DNA of 64,000 bases from the human T2T-CHM13v2.0 reference genome, Homo sapiens, in NCBI RefSeq assembly GCF_009914755.1, contig NC_060937.1. The stretch is one strand, 5' to 3'. Both the position numbers and the translations under genes were made by a program. Below are positions 26,176-38,444 of the stretch, one piece after another. The notes below the pieces were generated by a model, which made no database searches, was not told the origin of the DNA, and saw only the letters and a list, made by a program, of their open reading frames with translations. How positions within the stretch are numbered: the first letter of the stretch is position 1; every line of letters starts with the position of its first letter.

Positions 26176-27760
26176 GCAGTATGCTTGGTCACAACACAGG
26201 CTGCAGACAACTCTGAAGAATATGTGAAATGGGGATTGATTTTTCTGAAATGGTTTGGATTGGAAGCCGTAAGGATCCAATTTATACCAGGGCATGGGAA
26301 CATAGTAGTCTTTGACTGCAGTAGGCATTCAGTAAATTTTTACCTTGCTTATGAAAACCATGGTTTTGGCTTACTGAATAGCTAGTAACACAGACCATTG
26401 TGAAGAAGACAAGATATACATATGAACCACTGAATTGAACAAATGCTCCAAATAGTGCTGAGGAGCTTAAAATAAATGAGCTCAGAGTTTGAACTTTGTG
26501 TTTTCAAAATGGTCAGACTGGCTTAAAATAGCTTTTTACATCTTGTAATTGTAGAGATAATGCAACTAAAAATTGAATCCATTGTAGGAACCTGTGTGTT
26601 GCTGATCTGCGGTAGTTGAATCCAGAATTTCATGAGGTCTCTATATAAAAATTAGGGTTTTTTTCTGTGAAAAACTGGGGCATAAGTTTGGAATCTGGCC
26701 AAGTGAGAAAGTAGATGACTCAAATAATTCCCAAATCCCTTAGGCCTCTCCTCTTCTATTTTGTGAGGCTGTTTTGCCTTTGAATCCCTATAATGACTTT
26801 CCCTAAGGCAGATATCTTACAAGGAAAAGTCAATTCTCATATGCCATTTTTTTTCTAGTCCTCATTTCCTTTAGCTCCTGGGGGCCAATTACATGATGAA
26901 ACCTTGAACAAGACTTATATGTCAAATAGAATTACAAGCATGTTTTTATTTATATCTGCCCTGACCTTGGAAATATACATGAGAATGAATACAATGAATT
27001 CAGAACCAGGAAGAAAGAATCAGGACTATAGATTGGTCTAAATTTTCTACTACCTGTACACTTGCCAGAGTCTCTGGATTCAGTAAGTAATTTTGAGTAG
27101 CTACAAATGGTTCTAATTTCTGCTGTCCTTGTAAAGTGACACATTCTCAATGGTGTTCTAAATTAAATGAAGTTGAGATGCTCACAATTCTGAGCATTAT
27201 GTGTTATTATGTAAAGAGAGGACTCAAAAGACAGAGAAAGGAATGTTGGAGTGGAAGACTTTGTGTAATCTGTCTACTTGTCCCTATCCATGAATTTGAG
27301 AATACCTGTGGGATAGCCTCTTCCCGAAGTAAGTGGGAAATCCATACATCTGTAAAAACGGTACTCACTAACTTGAAAAATTCTGAAAGGATGGTCCTCC
27401 GAGGGCCTTGAATGCAAGTAGGAAACTCAGCCCTCAAACAAGCCTCTTTCATTTTACTGCGGCTGTTGAGATGCTGGGGCAACAGAGGCCAGCAGCAATA
27501 TTTAATTGTCAGAGAAAATAAAAAAGTTATTAATAAAATAGTTATCATGGTTAGAGTAAAAACCAAATATTTTTACCCACAGGGATGTTTGGCAATTACT
27601 AGTCAATGTACAGTAAAAAATAGAGAGATAGTTCATTAGGTCCCAAAGAGCTGTATTAAAAAAAAAAAAGGTCATATAACCACATAACCAGAGTTCCAAC
27701 ATGAGCTACTGCACTAAAACAATTTCCCTCACCAGGACACTCTAATTCCAGATAGCTTCC
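26176..27760 (+). mobile_element. ERVL internal relic with degraded gag
   Basis: aatgaagttgagatgc (NEVEM), ggaatgttggagtgga (GMLEW) and agaggccag...tttaattgtcagaga (RGQ..LNCQR-like) resemble ERVL gag motifs, directly downstream of the LTR. Confidence 0.6.
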
Positions 27761-29770
27761 CCACTCTGTCCTTGCCCTCCCCACCCCCAGTGAGAAAGAA
27801 TCTCAGAATAGAATAGCTGCACTTTTCCATCACCTCTCCTCTTCCTTCCTTCAAACACCTCTTAGGTTTTGCTGATTTTTTGAACTTTCTGTTACAGAAT
27901 ATTATTAGAATTTTCCTCATGATAAGTTATATCTAAGCCAAGAATCCTTATTTCACATTTAAAAACATATTCTCAGGTTAGCAGTGTAGTCAATTTAGGA
28001 TCACTCTTTTACTTAAATTCTTATTTTATTGTAGCTTTTGATTTTGAGGCAAGAATTAACATTTACCTGATACAGAATTTGTCTCAGGGGACTAACTCGG
28101 ATTGTAATGATAATTATTTAGGTGTGTTTTAAATGTCTAAAGAATCGGCACCTTCTCTAAACAACAAAAATACGTTAAGAAACTAGGAAAAAAAGATCTT
28201 ATAAAAATTTTAATAGGATTTAAATCTATTATAAAATATAGGTTATTGATAATCCTCAAACTCCTTTGTAAGAAAAATCAACTCTGTAAGTAACAACCAT
28301 GTTTTTTTTTGTTTGTTTTGGTTTGGTTTGGTTTTTTGCTGGAACCAAGAGAGTGTGTGATGGCTTTAAAAATTTCAGGTGCCTATGGAATCTTGAAAAT
28401 AGGAAATAGGAACCAAAGTGGTTTTATAGAGTTTCCTCTGGGGTAGTGGGGATGACGACGGAGCAGTTAGATGTCAGGACACAGGAAAGACTAGGGAGAA
28501 GATAAGGTCTAGTAAGTATTTTGTATACATAGGAAACACTACCAACTATGTATTGTGAACTCCTGATTCCTCAAAAATAACACAAAATAAAACAAAACAG
28601 ACATGATTTGTGTTATTGTGGAAAACAACAAATAGGCTGATGTTATTTAGTAGATAGTGCTCACAGATTAGGGCTCAGTTTGCATTGGGGTTATGCATGT
28701 CTTTATAAACATTATTGTGTATTCACAAAATGTCATGTTTATATTGATATCTGTTTAATCATGCAAGCCCTCTCACTTCTAACAAGACAGTTTTAAAATT
28801 TTAAGGCTATAAAACACAGTGTCACTAAAATAATTAATAATATTATGAATTGGAATTTATTTTTAAGTATTCATTTCTATCTTGGAAGTAATCTTAAATG
28901 TACATTTTCTGTTATTTCAGTGTCTTATGGATAATCCAAAGTGTTTTAAAAATTAACTAAAAAGAAATCAAGAAGTATCCATATATTCCACATAAGGTTT
29001 CCTGACTCACTGATGTAGGACTTGCCCAAAATGGTTTTGTAATCCATCTGTCTTTTAAAAGAGGTTTTGCATAACTATAAATTTTCTGTCCCACTATTAA
29101 CAAAAAAAAATGTGGCTATACAGATTCAGTGCATTCATTAGACTAGAACAGGGAATGGAAAAATTTGTTAGGCAAAGTTAATTAGTGCCCCTTGGTGTTT
29201 TGTGATAAGGGCACAGAGAGAAGTTTGTGACTCTACATAAAAAAAAGTCAAAAAAGAATGGTAGGCTTGTAGCAAGCTAGCATAACAGATTGAAGAGAAA
29301 GGGCTAGAACAGTAGCTATCTATGTTTCCAGGTTTGATAAACTTTTCTGTCATCTGGAAGGTATGCCTAGGAGGTAGCTGTGCTCAAGTCTTCTTGACAA
29401 GAGCAGTCCAAGAGTCCTGCCTGCTGGGGTATCCACCCACTGAGGCCGGTGGGATTGCATACAGCAGAGCTGAGGCGCACACTGGAGATACAGTGTATGC
29501 CCATCTTTTGCCCCACGGGAAGATGCCAGGAATGTTTCTCAGCCTTGGGAGAGAAGGGAACCTCCAAAGGACCCACAAAATGATCACATTAAATGGGAGT
29601 GAGGAGTATGAGCTGCTGAACACTTAACAAGCTGGAGGCACTTTTTTTTTTTTTTACAATTTTTTAATTATTACTTCAAAATGCAGTTATACACAAAGAA
29701 CAATGAAAATTAATTTAAATGTACAAATATTAAAATACTATCTTCGCACCCACTGCAATGTACAGGATTC

Positions 29771-29797
29771 ATATATATATATATATATATATATATA
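29771..29797. repeat. (AT)13 microsatellite
   Basis: Perfect AT run. Confidence 0.95.
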
Positions 29798-31741
29798 AGC
29801 AAATCCAAACTGATTGAGTGACATCCTGCACAGCCAGTTATAGATATGTTTATGTTGTTTTAAAGCACCATATGAATATGATTATGAGAAGAATTCCATG
29901 GTGGCGTGATGAAGCTAAGAAACCAGGGTAGCGTACAGAAGCTGTCACACTACCTGCGTACATTTCTGCTTCCTGCTTGGCAACCCCAGTGCTTCACCCC
30001 TGGATCTTCTCTAGCTAGCTCTGCTGTTGGGCAGAGAGTTCAACCTTGGGAGTTTCATGCAAAATTCTACTACATTTTCAAATAGAAATTATGAGTTGCT
30101 TCCAAGGAAAATTGAGCCTGCCTCCTTATGCTCTCTGCAGAACCAGGTACTGCACCACTCAAGGTGACCAGGTGAATGGGTCAAAAAGGAAATTGTTGGG
30201 TTTTTTTGTTTGTTTGTTTTTGTATAACCACCCTAATCTCTTTCCCTAACCATCAAGAATCCAGAAGCTCTCTAGAACAGAGGTGGTAGGTGGAGCTCAG
30301 ATGGTAAAAGCTCAGACTAGCTTCCATTTTGCACTGCTAACCTGCAGAATATTATATTGGGCTCTTTTGGGGGATGAGAAATACCTTAAATTGGGTAAAA
30401 TAAAATCTTTGATATTATTTTATACTCGGCTTTTTCATGCCCGAATTTGAATGTTTTATGCCAAAAAGTCAAATGGAAACTGGTGCACATGATATATCAT
30501 CCAGCAACAAGTTACAATGCAATATTGTAGAAAAGCTGATGTTTGAATACTATTGCAACCCTCACATTCATGCAAGTTCAACAAGTGATACTTATTCCCA
30601 TTTCCTTTCAAAATATTCAGTGTAGGAAATATTCACAAATCCATTAAAATATAAATTTAATGACCTTTAGAGTCTGAAAAACACGGTGCTGGATACCAGA
30701 ATGCAAAAGGAAGGAAAAGTGAAGTGGGGGCAGAATGGCATAAAGAAGTACTTAATTAAAATCTTCATGGTATAATTGCCTTCAGGGCTAATTAATTTTG
30801 TCTTGAGGTAAGGGTAAATAAATTGGAGTTTATTCCTGTGTGTTTCTGCATAGGTATAAGGAAGTATTGGGACATAATTGTAATATATTTTTTTTTCCAA
30901 ATATGTCAAAGGATTACATGGCTAAAGGTGATAGAAAACAGGGTGCTCCATTTGGAATTAAAGGAAAACTTAAAGTCATTGCTGCTTCTCTCTAAATCTT
31001 CTGAATTTATGTGTGAGCATTTTCGGAATTATAAACAATGGGAGAATTCAGCTTCTGAATGTAATATGAAAATTAGCATGCTCATCGGTTTGGGGAATTT
31101 ATATGAGGATTCTCATATAAAGGAGGATATAATTTATTGGAGAAATTTGAAAAGGAACTCTATATATGTATATATAATATGTATACACACACATTTTTGC
31201 CTGCAATTCTGTGGTGATTTGTAGGTATTATATGTGTATAAGTACTTAATAGCCAAACTGCAAAGTAGCTTTGTTATGATATTAAGGATTATTATTGTGA
31301 AATTTTCTTTTTCTATATTTTTTTCTTTAGAGAATATAATGAAATTTTGCAAGAATCATTGGAAATTCTTTCCAAAGGAGTTAGAGGACAGCTGAACATA
31401 ATATCAGTGTGTACTAACAAGTAGAATATTTTGCAAACAATATAAATAAATGTATGGCATTAATTTCCCATTACTACAGTGTAATGGATCCTAAATAGTT
31501 TGAGTTTTAACTTTTTATGTAGAGAACACCCAATTGGGTGAGATTTATTTAATGGCATTTTTGGTACACTTTCCCCTATTTGAGTTTTTTCTTCAATTTT
31601 TGAGTACTACTATTGCAAAACTACCTATAATTTACTGTCTATATTTTAGAGTCAGGAAATAAATATATAAGTAGACACTAAACTTTCAAAAATATTGTTG
31701 TCACTGATATACTTTACTTCCTTTCCTCTATAATCAATTAA

Positions 31742-31890
31742 ATAGTAGGTTTCAAACCTCATTGCTCATTGGAATCATTTGGGGAGTTCTTACAGATGCC
31801 TCAACTTCATATAAATGGTCTGGGATGAGGCCAGAGGAATGAATGTGTTAAGAAAAACCTCTCCAGGTGTTCCTAACTTGTGACCATTAC
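31742..31890. mobile_element. MER5A-like MITE
   Basis: gtttcaaacct...cattggaatcatttggggag...ggtctgggatgaggcc...ctctccaggtg. Confidence 0.6.
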
Positions 31891-33494
31891 ATTAGAATAA
31901 GACTTCAAGCTTTACTGTTACTATTGTTCACAGTTATTATTCTCTAGAATTCACCTTTCTGCAATAAAGAATTTTCCTGTAACCTTTAGAATATGTAATC
32001 TACTTGTTTTTGTTATGAATTTTTAAACTATCCCTAAAAAATAGTTTGAGCATACTTTGAAAAGTGAAGTAATGGATATCACAATGGAGGAAAAACTGCA
32101 TTATATGAAATGTTCTGATTCAGTTCATATGGAGTATGAAGAAAATATTTTGAAAGAGTGTTGGAAGATACTATAAAACTGACCTAACTGGCTTGGCAAG
32201 GATTAGAGATGAATTGCCTGGGATAAGTAAATGAATTTGGCACTACTGAAGAAAAATATGAAAGAGAAGAAAAAGGTAGGGTTAAGAAAAGAGGCAACTA
32301 TTTCCAAATAATATATTTGTGCCTGTATCCTATTTCAAATTCTACTTTGTAAAATTTCTTCCAGTTTTAGGTTGGGTATGTGGAGCCCTACATTTCCTTT
32401 GTGTGAAGAAGGCTGGATCTTTCTTTTCTTTGCACATTCTCTGTATTACTCTGTTTCTATGTATCTATGACAATTATCAGAACTTGTATTCCAAAACCAG
32501 TTCCAGGAATCTCATTCCAAGTTTTAATCAGAATCAATGCACATATAAATACCATCACCACATTTTTTTGGTGCTGTGTTTTTTACTTACATAATTTTAG
32601 CTATGACACATTTTAACCTTCTTTGAAGCTCAAAGTGGGCATGATGTTTGATTCTTTGTAATTTAGAGAAAATCATCTGGAAAATTTTTTAAAAGGCTTG
32701 CTTCCATTATAAGAGATATTCAGAGTTATAAGAATGGCAAGGCAAGGAAGACCAGGACATCATGAACAAAATGTGCTAGGTTATAATTTCTTGTGAGTAA
32801 AAATGGGCAAGGCATGGACAAATTGGTGGCACTGTGTATTAAGCTATGACCCGAATGGTGCCTGATAGCCTTGCTTAAAATATAAATTGAATAGGCAGTG
32901 GGAAAACACCAAAGTGCCTGTGCAGGGTGATGGCTGAACCCATGAGAGGAAACTAAATGGATGAAAGTTCAACAAACTACTTAACTGAATAACAAATGTC
33001 ATACCTGGTAAATTCCTTCCCCAGTAGGTCAGAAGAAATAATTTCAACTATCATATAAAGCACAAGATAAGAATATTAACAGAATAAACAGGCTCTCAAG
33101 TCAGTAAACTTAACATATTTTTAAAGTGTTTCTAAATATTTTTAAAGACTATAACCCATTACTCATCTTTTCTTAACAAGGAAGTTTGGTAAATCTGTCC
33201 TCATTAAGAAAAAATTTCTGATTAAAAAAATACATTTGCTTGGTAGATCTTCCTCCATCCCTTTATTTTGAGTCTATGTGTGTCTCTGCACATGAGATGA
33301 GTTTCCTGAATACAGCACACTGATGGGTCTTGACTCTTTATCCAATTTGCCAGTCTGTGCCTTTTAATTGGAGCATTTAGCCCATTTACATTTAAGGTTA
33401 GTATTGTTATGTGTGAATTTGATCCTGTCATTATGATGTTAGCTGGTGATTTTGCTCGTTAGTTGATGCAGTTTCTTCCTAGCCTTGATGGTCT

Positions 33495-34510
33495 TTACAA
33501 TTTAGCATGTTTTTGCAGTGGCTGGTACCGGTTGTTCCTTTCCAAGTTTAGTGCTTCCTTCAGGAGCTCTTTTAGGGCAGGCCTGGTGGTGACAAAATCT
33601 CTCAGCATTTGCTTGTCTGTAAAGTATTTTATTTCTCCTTCATTTATGAAGCTTAGTTTGGCTGGATATGAAATTCTGGGTTGAAAATTCTTTTCTTTAA
33701 GAATGTTGAATATTGGCCCCCACTCTCTTCTGGCTTGTAGAGTTTCTGCCGAGAAATCAGCTGTTAGTCTAATGGGCTTCCCTTTGTGGGTAACCTGACC
33801 TTTCTCTCTGGCTGCCCTTAACGTTTTTTCCTTCATTTCAACTTTAGTGAATCTGACAATTATGTGTCTTGGAGTTGCTCTTTCGAGGAGTATCTTTGTG
33901 ACATTCTCTGGATTTCCTGAATTTGAATGTTGGCCTGCCTTGCTAGATTGGGGAAGTTCTCCTGGATAATATCCTGCAGAGTGTTTTCCAACTTGGTTCC
34001 ATTCTCCCCGTCACTTTCAGGTACACCAATTAGACGTAGATTTGGTCTTTTCATATAGTCCCATATTTCTTGGAGGCTTTGTTCGTTTCTTTTTATTCTT
34101 TTTTCTCTAAACTTCTCTTCACGCTTCATTTCATCCATTTCGTCTTCCATCACTGATAACCTTTCTTCCAGTTGGTCACATCAGTTACTGAGGCTTGTGC
34201 ATTCGTCACGTAGTTCTCCTGCCATGGTTTTCAGCTCCATCAGGTCCTTTAAGGACTTATCTGCATTGGTTATTCTAGTTATCCATTCGTCTAATTTTTT
34301 TTCAGAGTTTTTAACTTCTTTGCCATTTGTTCGAACTTCCTCCTTTAGCTCGGAGTAGTTTGATCTTCCAAAGCCTTCCTCTCTCAACTCGTCAAAGTCA
34401 TTCTCCGTCCAGCTTTGTTCCGTTGCTGGTGAGGAGCTGCATTCCTTTGGAGGAGGAAAGGCGCTCTGATTTTTAGAGTTTCCGGTTTTTCTGCTCTGTT
34501 TTTTCCCCAT
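33495..34510 (-). pseudogene. L1 ORF1p, disrupted by a stop and a frameshift
   Basis: Three consecutive ORF1p fragments: MGKKQSRKTGNSK..., ...KRPNLRLIGVPE..., ...ARREWGPIFNILKEKNFQPRISYPAKLSF. Confidence 0.93.
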
Positions 34511-35085
34511 CTTTGTGATTTTATCTACCTTTGGTCTTTGATGATGGTGACGTACAGATGGGTTTTTGGTACTGATGTCCTTTCTGTTTGTTAGTTTTCC
34601 TTCTAACAGTCAGGACCCTCAGCTGCAGGTCTGTTGGAGTTTACTGGAGGTCCACTCCAGACCCTGTTTGCCTGGGTATCAGCAGCGGTGGCTGCAGAAC
34701 AGCGGATATTGGTGAACCGCAAATGCTGCTGCCTGATCGTTCCTCTGGAGGTTTTGTCTCAGAGGAGTACCTGGCCGTGTGAGGTGTCAGTCTGCCCCTA
34801 CTGGGGGGTGCCTCCCAGATAGGCTACTCGGGGGTCAGGGACCCACTTGAGGAGGCAGTCTGCCTGTTCTCAGATCTCAAGCTGCATGGTGGGAGAACCA
34901 CTACTCTCTTCAAAGCTGTCAGACAGGGACATTTAAGTCTGCAGAGGTTATTGCTGTCTTTTGTTTGTCTGTGCCCTGCCCCCAGAGGTGGAGCCTACAG
35001 AAGCGGGCAGGCCTCCTTCAGCTGTGCTGGGCTCCACCCAGTTCGAGCTTCCTGGCCGCTTTGTTTACCTACTCAAGCCTGAGCA

Positions 35086-35268
35086 ATGGCGGGTGCCCCT
35101 CCCCAAGCCTTGCTGCCACCTTGCAGTTTGATCTCAGACTGCTGTGCTAGCAATGAACGAGGCTGCATGGGCGTAGGACCCTCCGAGCCATGTGTGGGAT
35201 ATAATCTCCTGGTGTGCCATTTGATAAGCCTGTTGGAAAAGCACAGTATTAGGGTGGGAGTGACGTGA
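35086..35268 (+). pseudogene. ORF0: L1 antisense ORF0, 60 aa (shortened by a premature stop)
   Basis: MAGAPPQALLPPCSLISDCCASNERG... matches the primate L1 ORF0 N-terminus. Strong Kozak gcaATGg. TGA at 35266-35268 replaces the consensus CGA. Confidence 0.85.
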
Positions 35269-35529
35269 TTTTCCAGGTGCCGTCTGTCACCCCTTTCTTT
35301 GACTAGGAAAGGGAATTCCCTAACCCCTTGCACTTCCTGGGTGAGGCGATGCCTTGCCCTACTTCGGCTCATGCACAGTGTGCCGCACCCATTGTCCTGC
35401 ACCCACTGTCCGGCACTCCCCCGTGAGATGAACCCGGTACCTCAGTTAGAAATGCAGAAATCACCCGTCTTCTGCGTCGCTCATGCTGGGAGCTGTAGAC
35501 TGGAGCTGTTCCTATTCAGCCATGTTGGC

Positions 35530-36369
35530 TCAAAAAGTGGGCAAAGGATATGAACAGACACTTCTCAAAAGAAGACATTTATGCAGCCAAAAGACACATG
35601 AAAAAATGCTCATCATCACTGGCCATCAGAGAAATGCAAATCAAAACCACAATGAGATAACATCTCGCACCAGTTAGAATGGAGATCATTAAAAAGTCAG
35701 GAAACAACAGGTGCTGGAGAGGATGGGGAGAAATAGGAACACTTTTACACTGTTGGTGGGACTGTAAACTAATTCAACCATTGTGGAAGTCGGTGTGGTG
35801 ATTCCTCAGGTATCTAGAACTAGAAATACCATTTGACCCAGCCATCCCATTACTGGGTATATACCCAAAGGATTATAAATCATGCTGCTATAAAGAGACA
35901 TGCAAACATATGTTTATTGCGGCACTATTCACAATAGCAAAGACTTGGAACCAACACAAATGTCCAACAATGATAGACTGGATTAAGAAAATGTGGCACA
36001 TATACACTATGGAATACTATGCAGCCATAAAAAATGATGAGTTCATGTCCTTTGTAGGGACATGGATGAAGCTTGAAACCATCATTCTCAGCAAACTGTC
36101 GCAAGGACAAAAAAACAAACACCGCATGTTCTCACTCACAGGTGGGAGTTGAACAATGAGAACACATGGACACAGGAAGGGGAACATCACACACCGGGGC
36201 CTGTTGTGGGGTGGGGGGAGGGGGAGGGATAGCATTAGGAGATATACCTAATGCTAAATGACGAGTTAATGGGTGTAGCACACCAACATGGCACATGTAT
36301 ACATATGTAACAAACCTGCACGTTGTGCACATGTACCCTAAAACTTAAAGTATAATAATAAAAAAAAAA
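35530..36369 (+). mobile_element. L1PA4-like non-inverted 3' segment with poly(A)
   Basis: ORF2 C-terminus and 3'UTR (gctaaatgacgagttaatgggtg...caccaacatggc...aaagtataataataaaa). TSD aaaaaaataca at 33224-33234 / 36363-36373 brackets both segments. Confidence 0.96.
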
Positions 36370-36564
36370 TACAAAATCCACCAGAAAATAGCAAACTGGA
36401 AAAAATATGGTTAAAATATAGTGACAGCTAAAGAGTTGTTTTTCACATATAAGAACTAACAACAATCAATATATAACAGACATCAAATGGAGATTCATAG
36501 AAGAAATGGCACAGAAACATCAAGAGTTCAAAATCACCAATAAAAAAGGAAAGCAACTTTAACA

Positions 36565-36829
36565 TTTTATTTACTTATTTATGTATTTATTTATCTATGA
36601 GATGGAGTCTCACTCTATCATCCAGGCTGGAGTGCAGTGCCACGATCTCAGCTCACTGTAATCTCTGCCTCCCGGGTTCAAGCAATTCTTCCTCAGCCTC
36701 CTGAGTTGCTGGGATTACAGGAGTATGCCACCATGCCTGGCTAATTTTTGCAGTTTTAGTAGAGACGGGGTTTCACTATGTTGGCCCACCTGGTTTTGAA
36801 TTCATGACCTCAAATGGTCCGCCTGCCTT
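36565..36829 (-). mobile_element. AluS, 5'-truncated, (TTTA)n-like tail
   Basis: Antisense Alu ending at gacctcaaatggtccgcctgcc. No clear TSD. Confidence 0.9.
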
Positions 36830-37251
36830 TAATTTATCACTTTAAGGAAGATTGAAAGTATTTATAATTCCAAAGGTTGTGTGGTAAATAAAAAGAATGT
36901 TTAGTTGTAATAATGAAAATGTGTGTACTTTGAAATTTCACATTGTGTTTTGCAACTTATTTTATAATATTTTATATGATTAAAAGTTTTCACTTTTATG
37001 TAGTTTATTACTTTAATTATGTCTATCAGGATAATTTATTTACAAGAGTTATTTCATTGCAGTATCATGCATTCTTCTAATTTTTTTGACAGTACTCTTT
37101 GCTGTATGTTTCAGGTTAGGATTACAATATCTTAAATCCCCTGCCCCCTCAAATAAACATACTCTGTAAAATCTTAATTCAGGAATAAAAAATCTTCTCT
37201 TGAAAATAACTTTGTCAAAATACTTGGAAAAAATGTTATCCGTTTTTTATC

Positions 37252-37549
37252 CTTTTTTTTTTATTTTACTTTAAGTTCGGCCTATGCAGAACGTGCAGGT
37301 TTGTTACATAGGTATACATGTGCCATGGTGGTTTACTGCACCTATCAACCCCTCACCTAGGTTTAGCATTAGCTATTTATCCTTATGCTCTCCCTCCCCT
37401 CACCCTGACCCCCAACAGACCCTGGTGTTTGTTGTTCCCCTCCTTGTGTCCATGTATTCTCATTGTTCAGCTCCCACTTATGAATGAGAACATGCGGTGT
37501 TTGGTTTTCTGTTCCTGTGTGTGTTTGCCGAGGATGATGGCTTCCAGCT
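37252..37549 (-). mobile_element. L1PA (about PA8-10) 3' end fragment
   Basis: ttttactttaagttc...gcagaacgtgcaggtttgttacataggtatacatgtgccatggtggttt...gatggcttccagctt. Confidence 0.88.
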
Positions 37550-37586
37550 TTTCTTGCTAATAATAAAGGAAACATTTGATGGGTGC

Positions 37587-38000
37587 TGCTATAGTTTGGA
37601 TATTTGTTTCCTACAAATCTCATGTTGAAATATGCTTCTAATGTTGGAAGTGGGGCCTGGTGGGAGATGATAGGGTCATGAGGGTGGATCTCTCATGAAT
37701 GGCTTGGTGCTCTCCTCATGGTAATAAGTGAGCACTCACACTATCAGTTCATGTGAGAACTGGTTGTTTAAAGAACCTGATACCTCCTTCCTTCTCTCTT
37801 GTACCTTCTTTCACTACATGACATGCCTTCTCATCCTTTGCCTTTCATCATGATTGTAAGCTTCCTGAGGCCCTCACCAGAAGCAGATGTTAGCACTATC
37901 GTTCTCATACATTCTGCAGAATGGTGAGCCAAATAAACCTCTTTCCTGTACAAATTACCCAGTCTCAGGTCTTTATAGCAACATAAAATGGACTAACACA
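37587..38000 (+). mobile_element. MSTB-like MaLR solo LTR, complete
   Basis: TG...CA termini (tgctatagtttgga...ggactaacaca), internal aataaa, 5-bp TSD ggtgc / ggtgg. Confidence 0.92.
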
Positions 38001-38444
38001 GGTGGCAGTGATTATTGAAACAGCATTCAGTTAAAATAAGCAGTTCAATCCTAAAATTCTGCTTTCATAAATATATAAACCCTGTGCAAGTGCATCTTGA
38101 CAGGCTGAAGCTTATGATTTGTGTAGCGGATGTGAGAAAAAAAATTGGTCTTCATTCAAAATCAAAAACACAAGAGGGAAATACACACATTATAAGGCTC
38201 AGTTAATTTGCTAATGACTAGCTCCACTTGATTGTTTGAACATAGTGAACAAGAAAGTTTATGGTATGTAGACCAGAAAAGAAATCTAAGATAAAGACTC
38301 TTTAATCACTCACCTTGAAAAGCTGTTAAATTTATGAAAAATGTTTACATTCTAATGAGTCCAATTTCAAGAAATGTGAAAATTACCCAATCCTAGCAAT
38401 TTTATTAGAATAGTCTTGGTCAACATTAAAAAGTAGGTAATTCC

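Larger units (their letters stand above)
33233..35531 (-). mobile_element. L1PA (L1PA4-like) inverted 5' segment: 5'UTR, ORF1 and start of ORF2
   Basis: ORF2 start MTGSNSHITILTLNVNGLNAPIKRHRL at 33431. ORF1 pieces 33495-34510. 5'UTR runs to the L1 start (ctattcagccatgttggctc). Confidence 0.97.

Noticed and set aside
29640-30000. T14 run followed by unique sequence as the 3' end of a minus-strand processed pseudogene
   Set aside because: I found no matching TSD, canonical poly(A) signal or recognisable coding sequence.
34550-35530. CpG-richer stretch as a host gene CpG-island promoter
   Set aside because: Fully explained by the L1 5'UTR.
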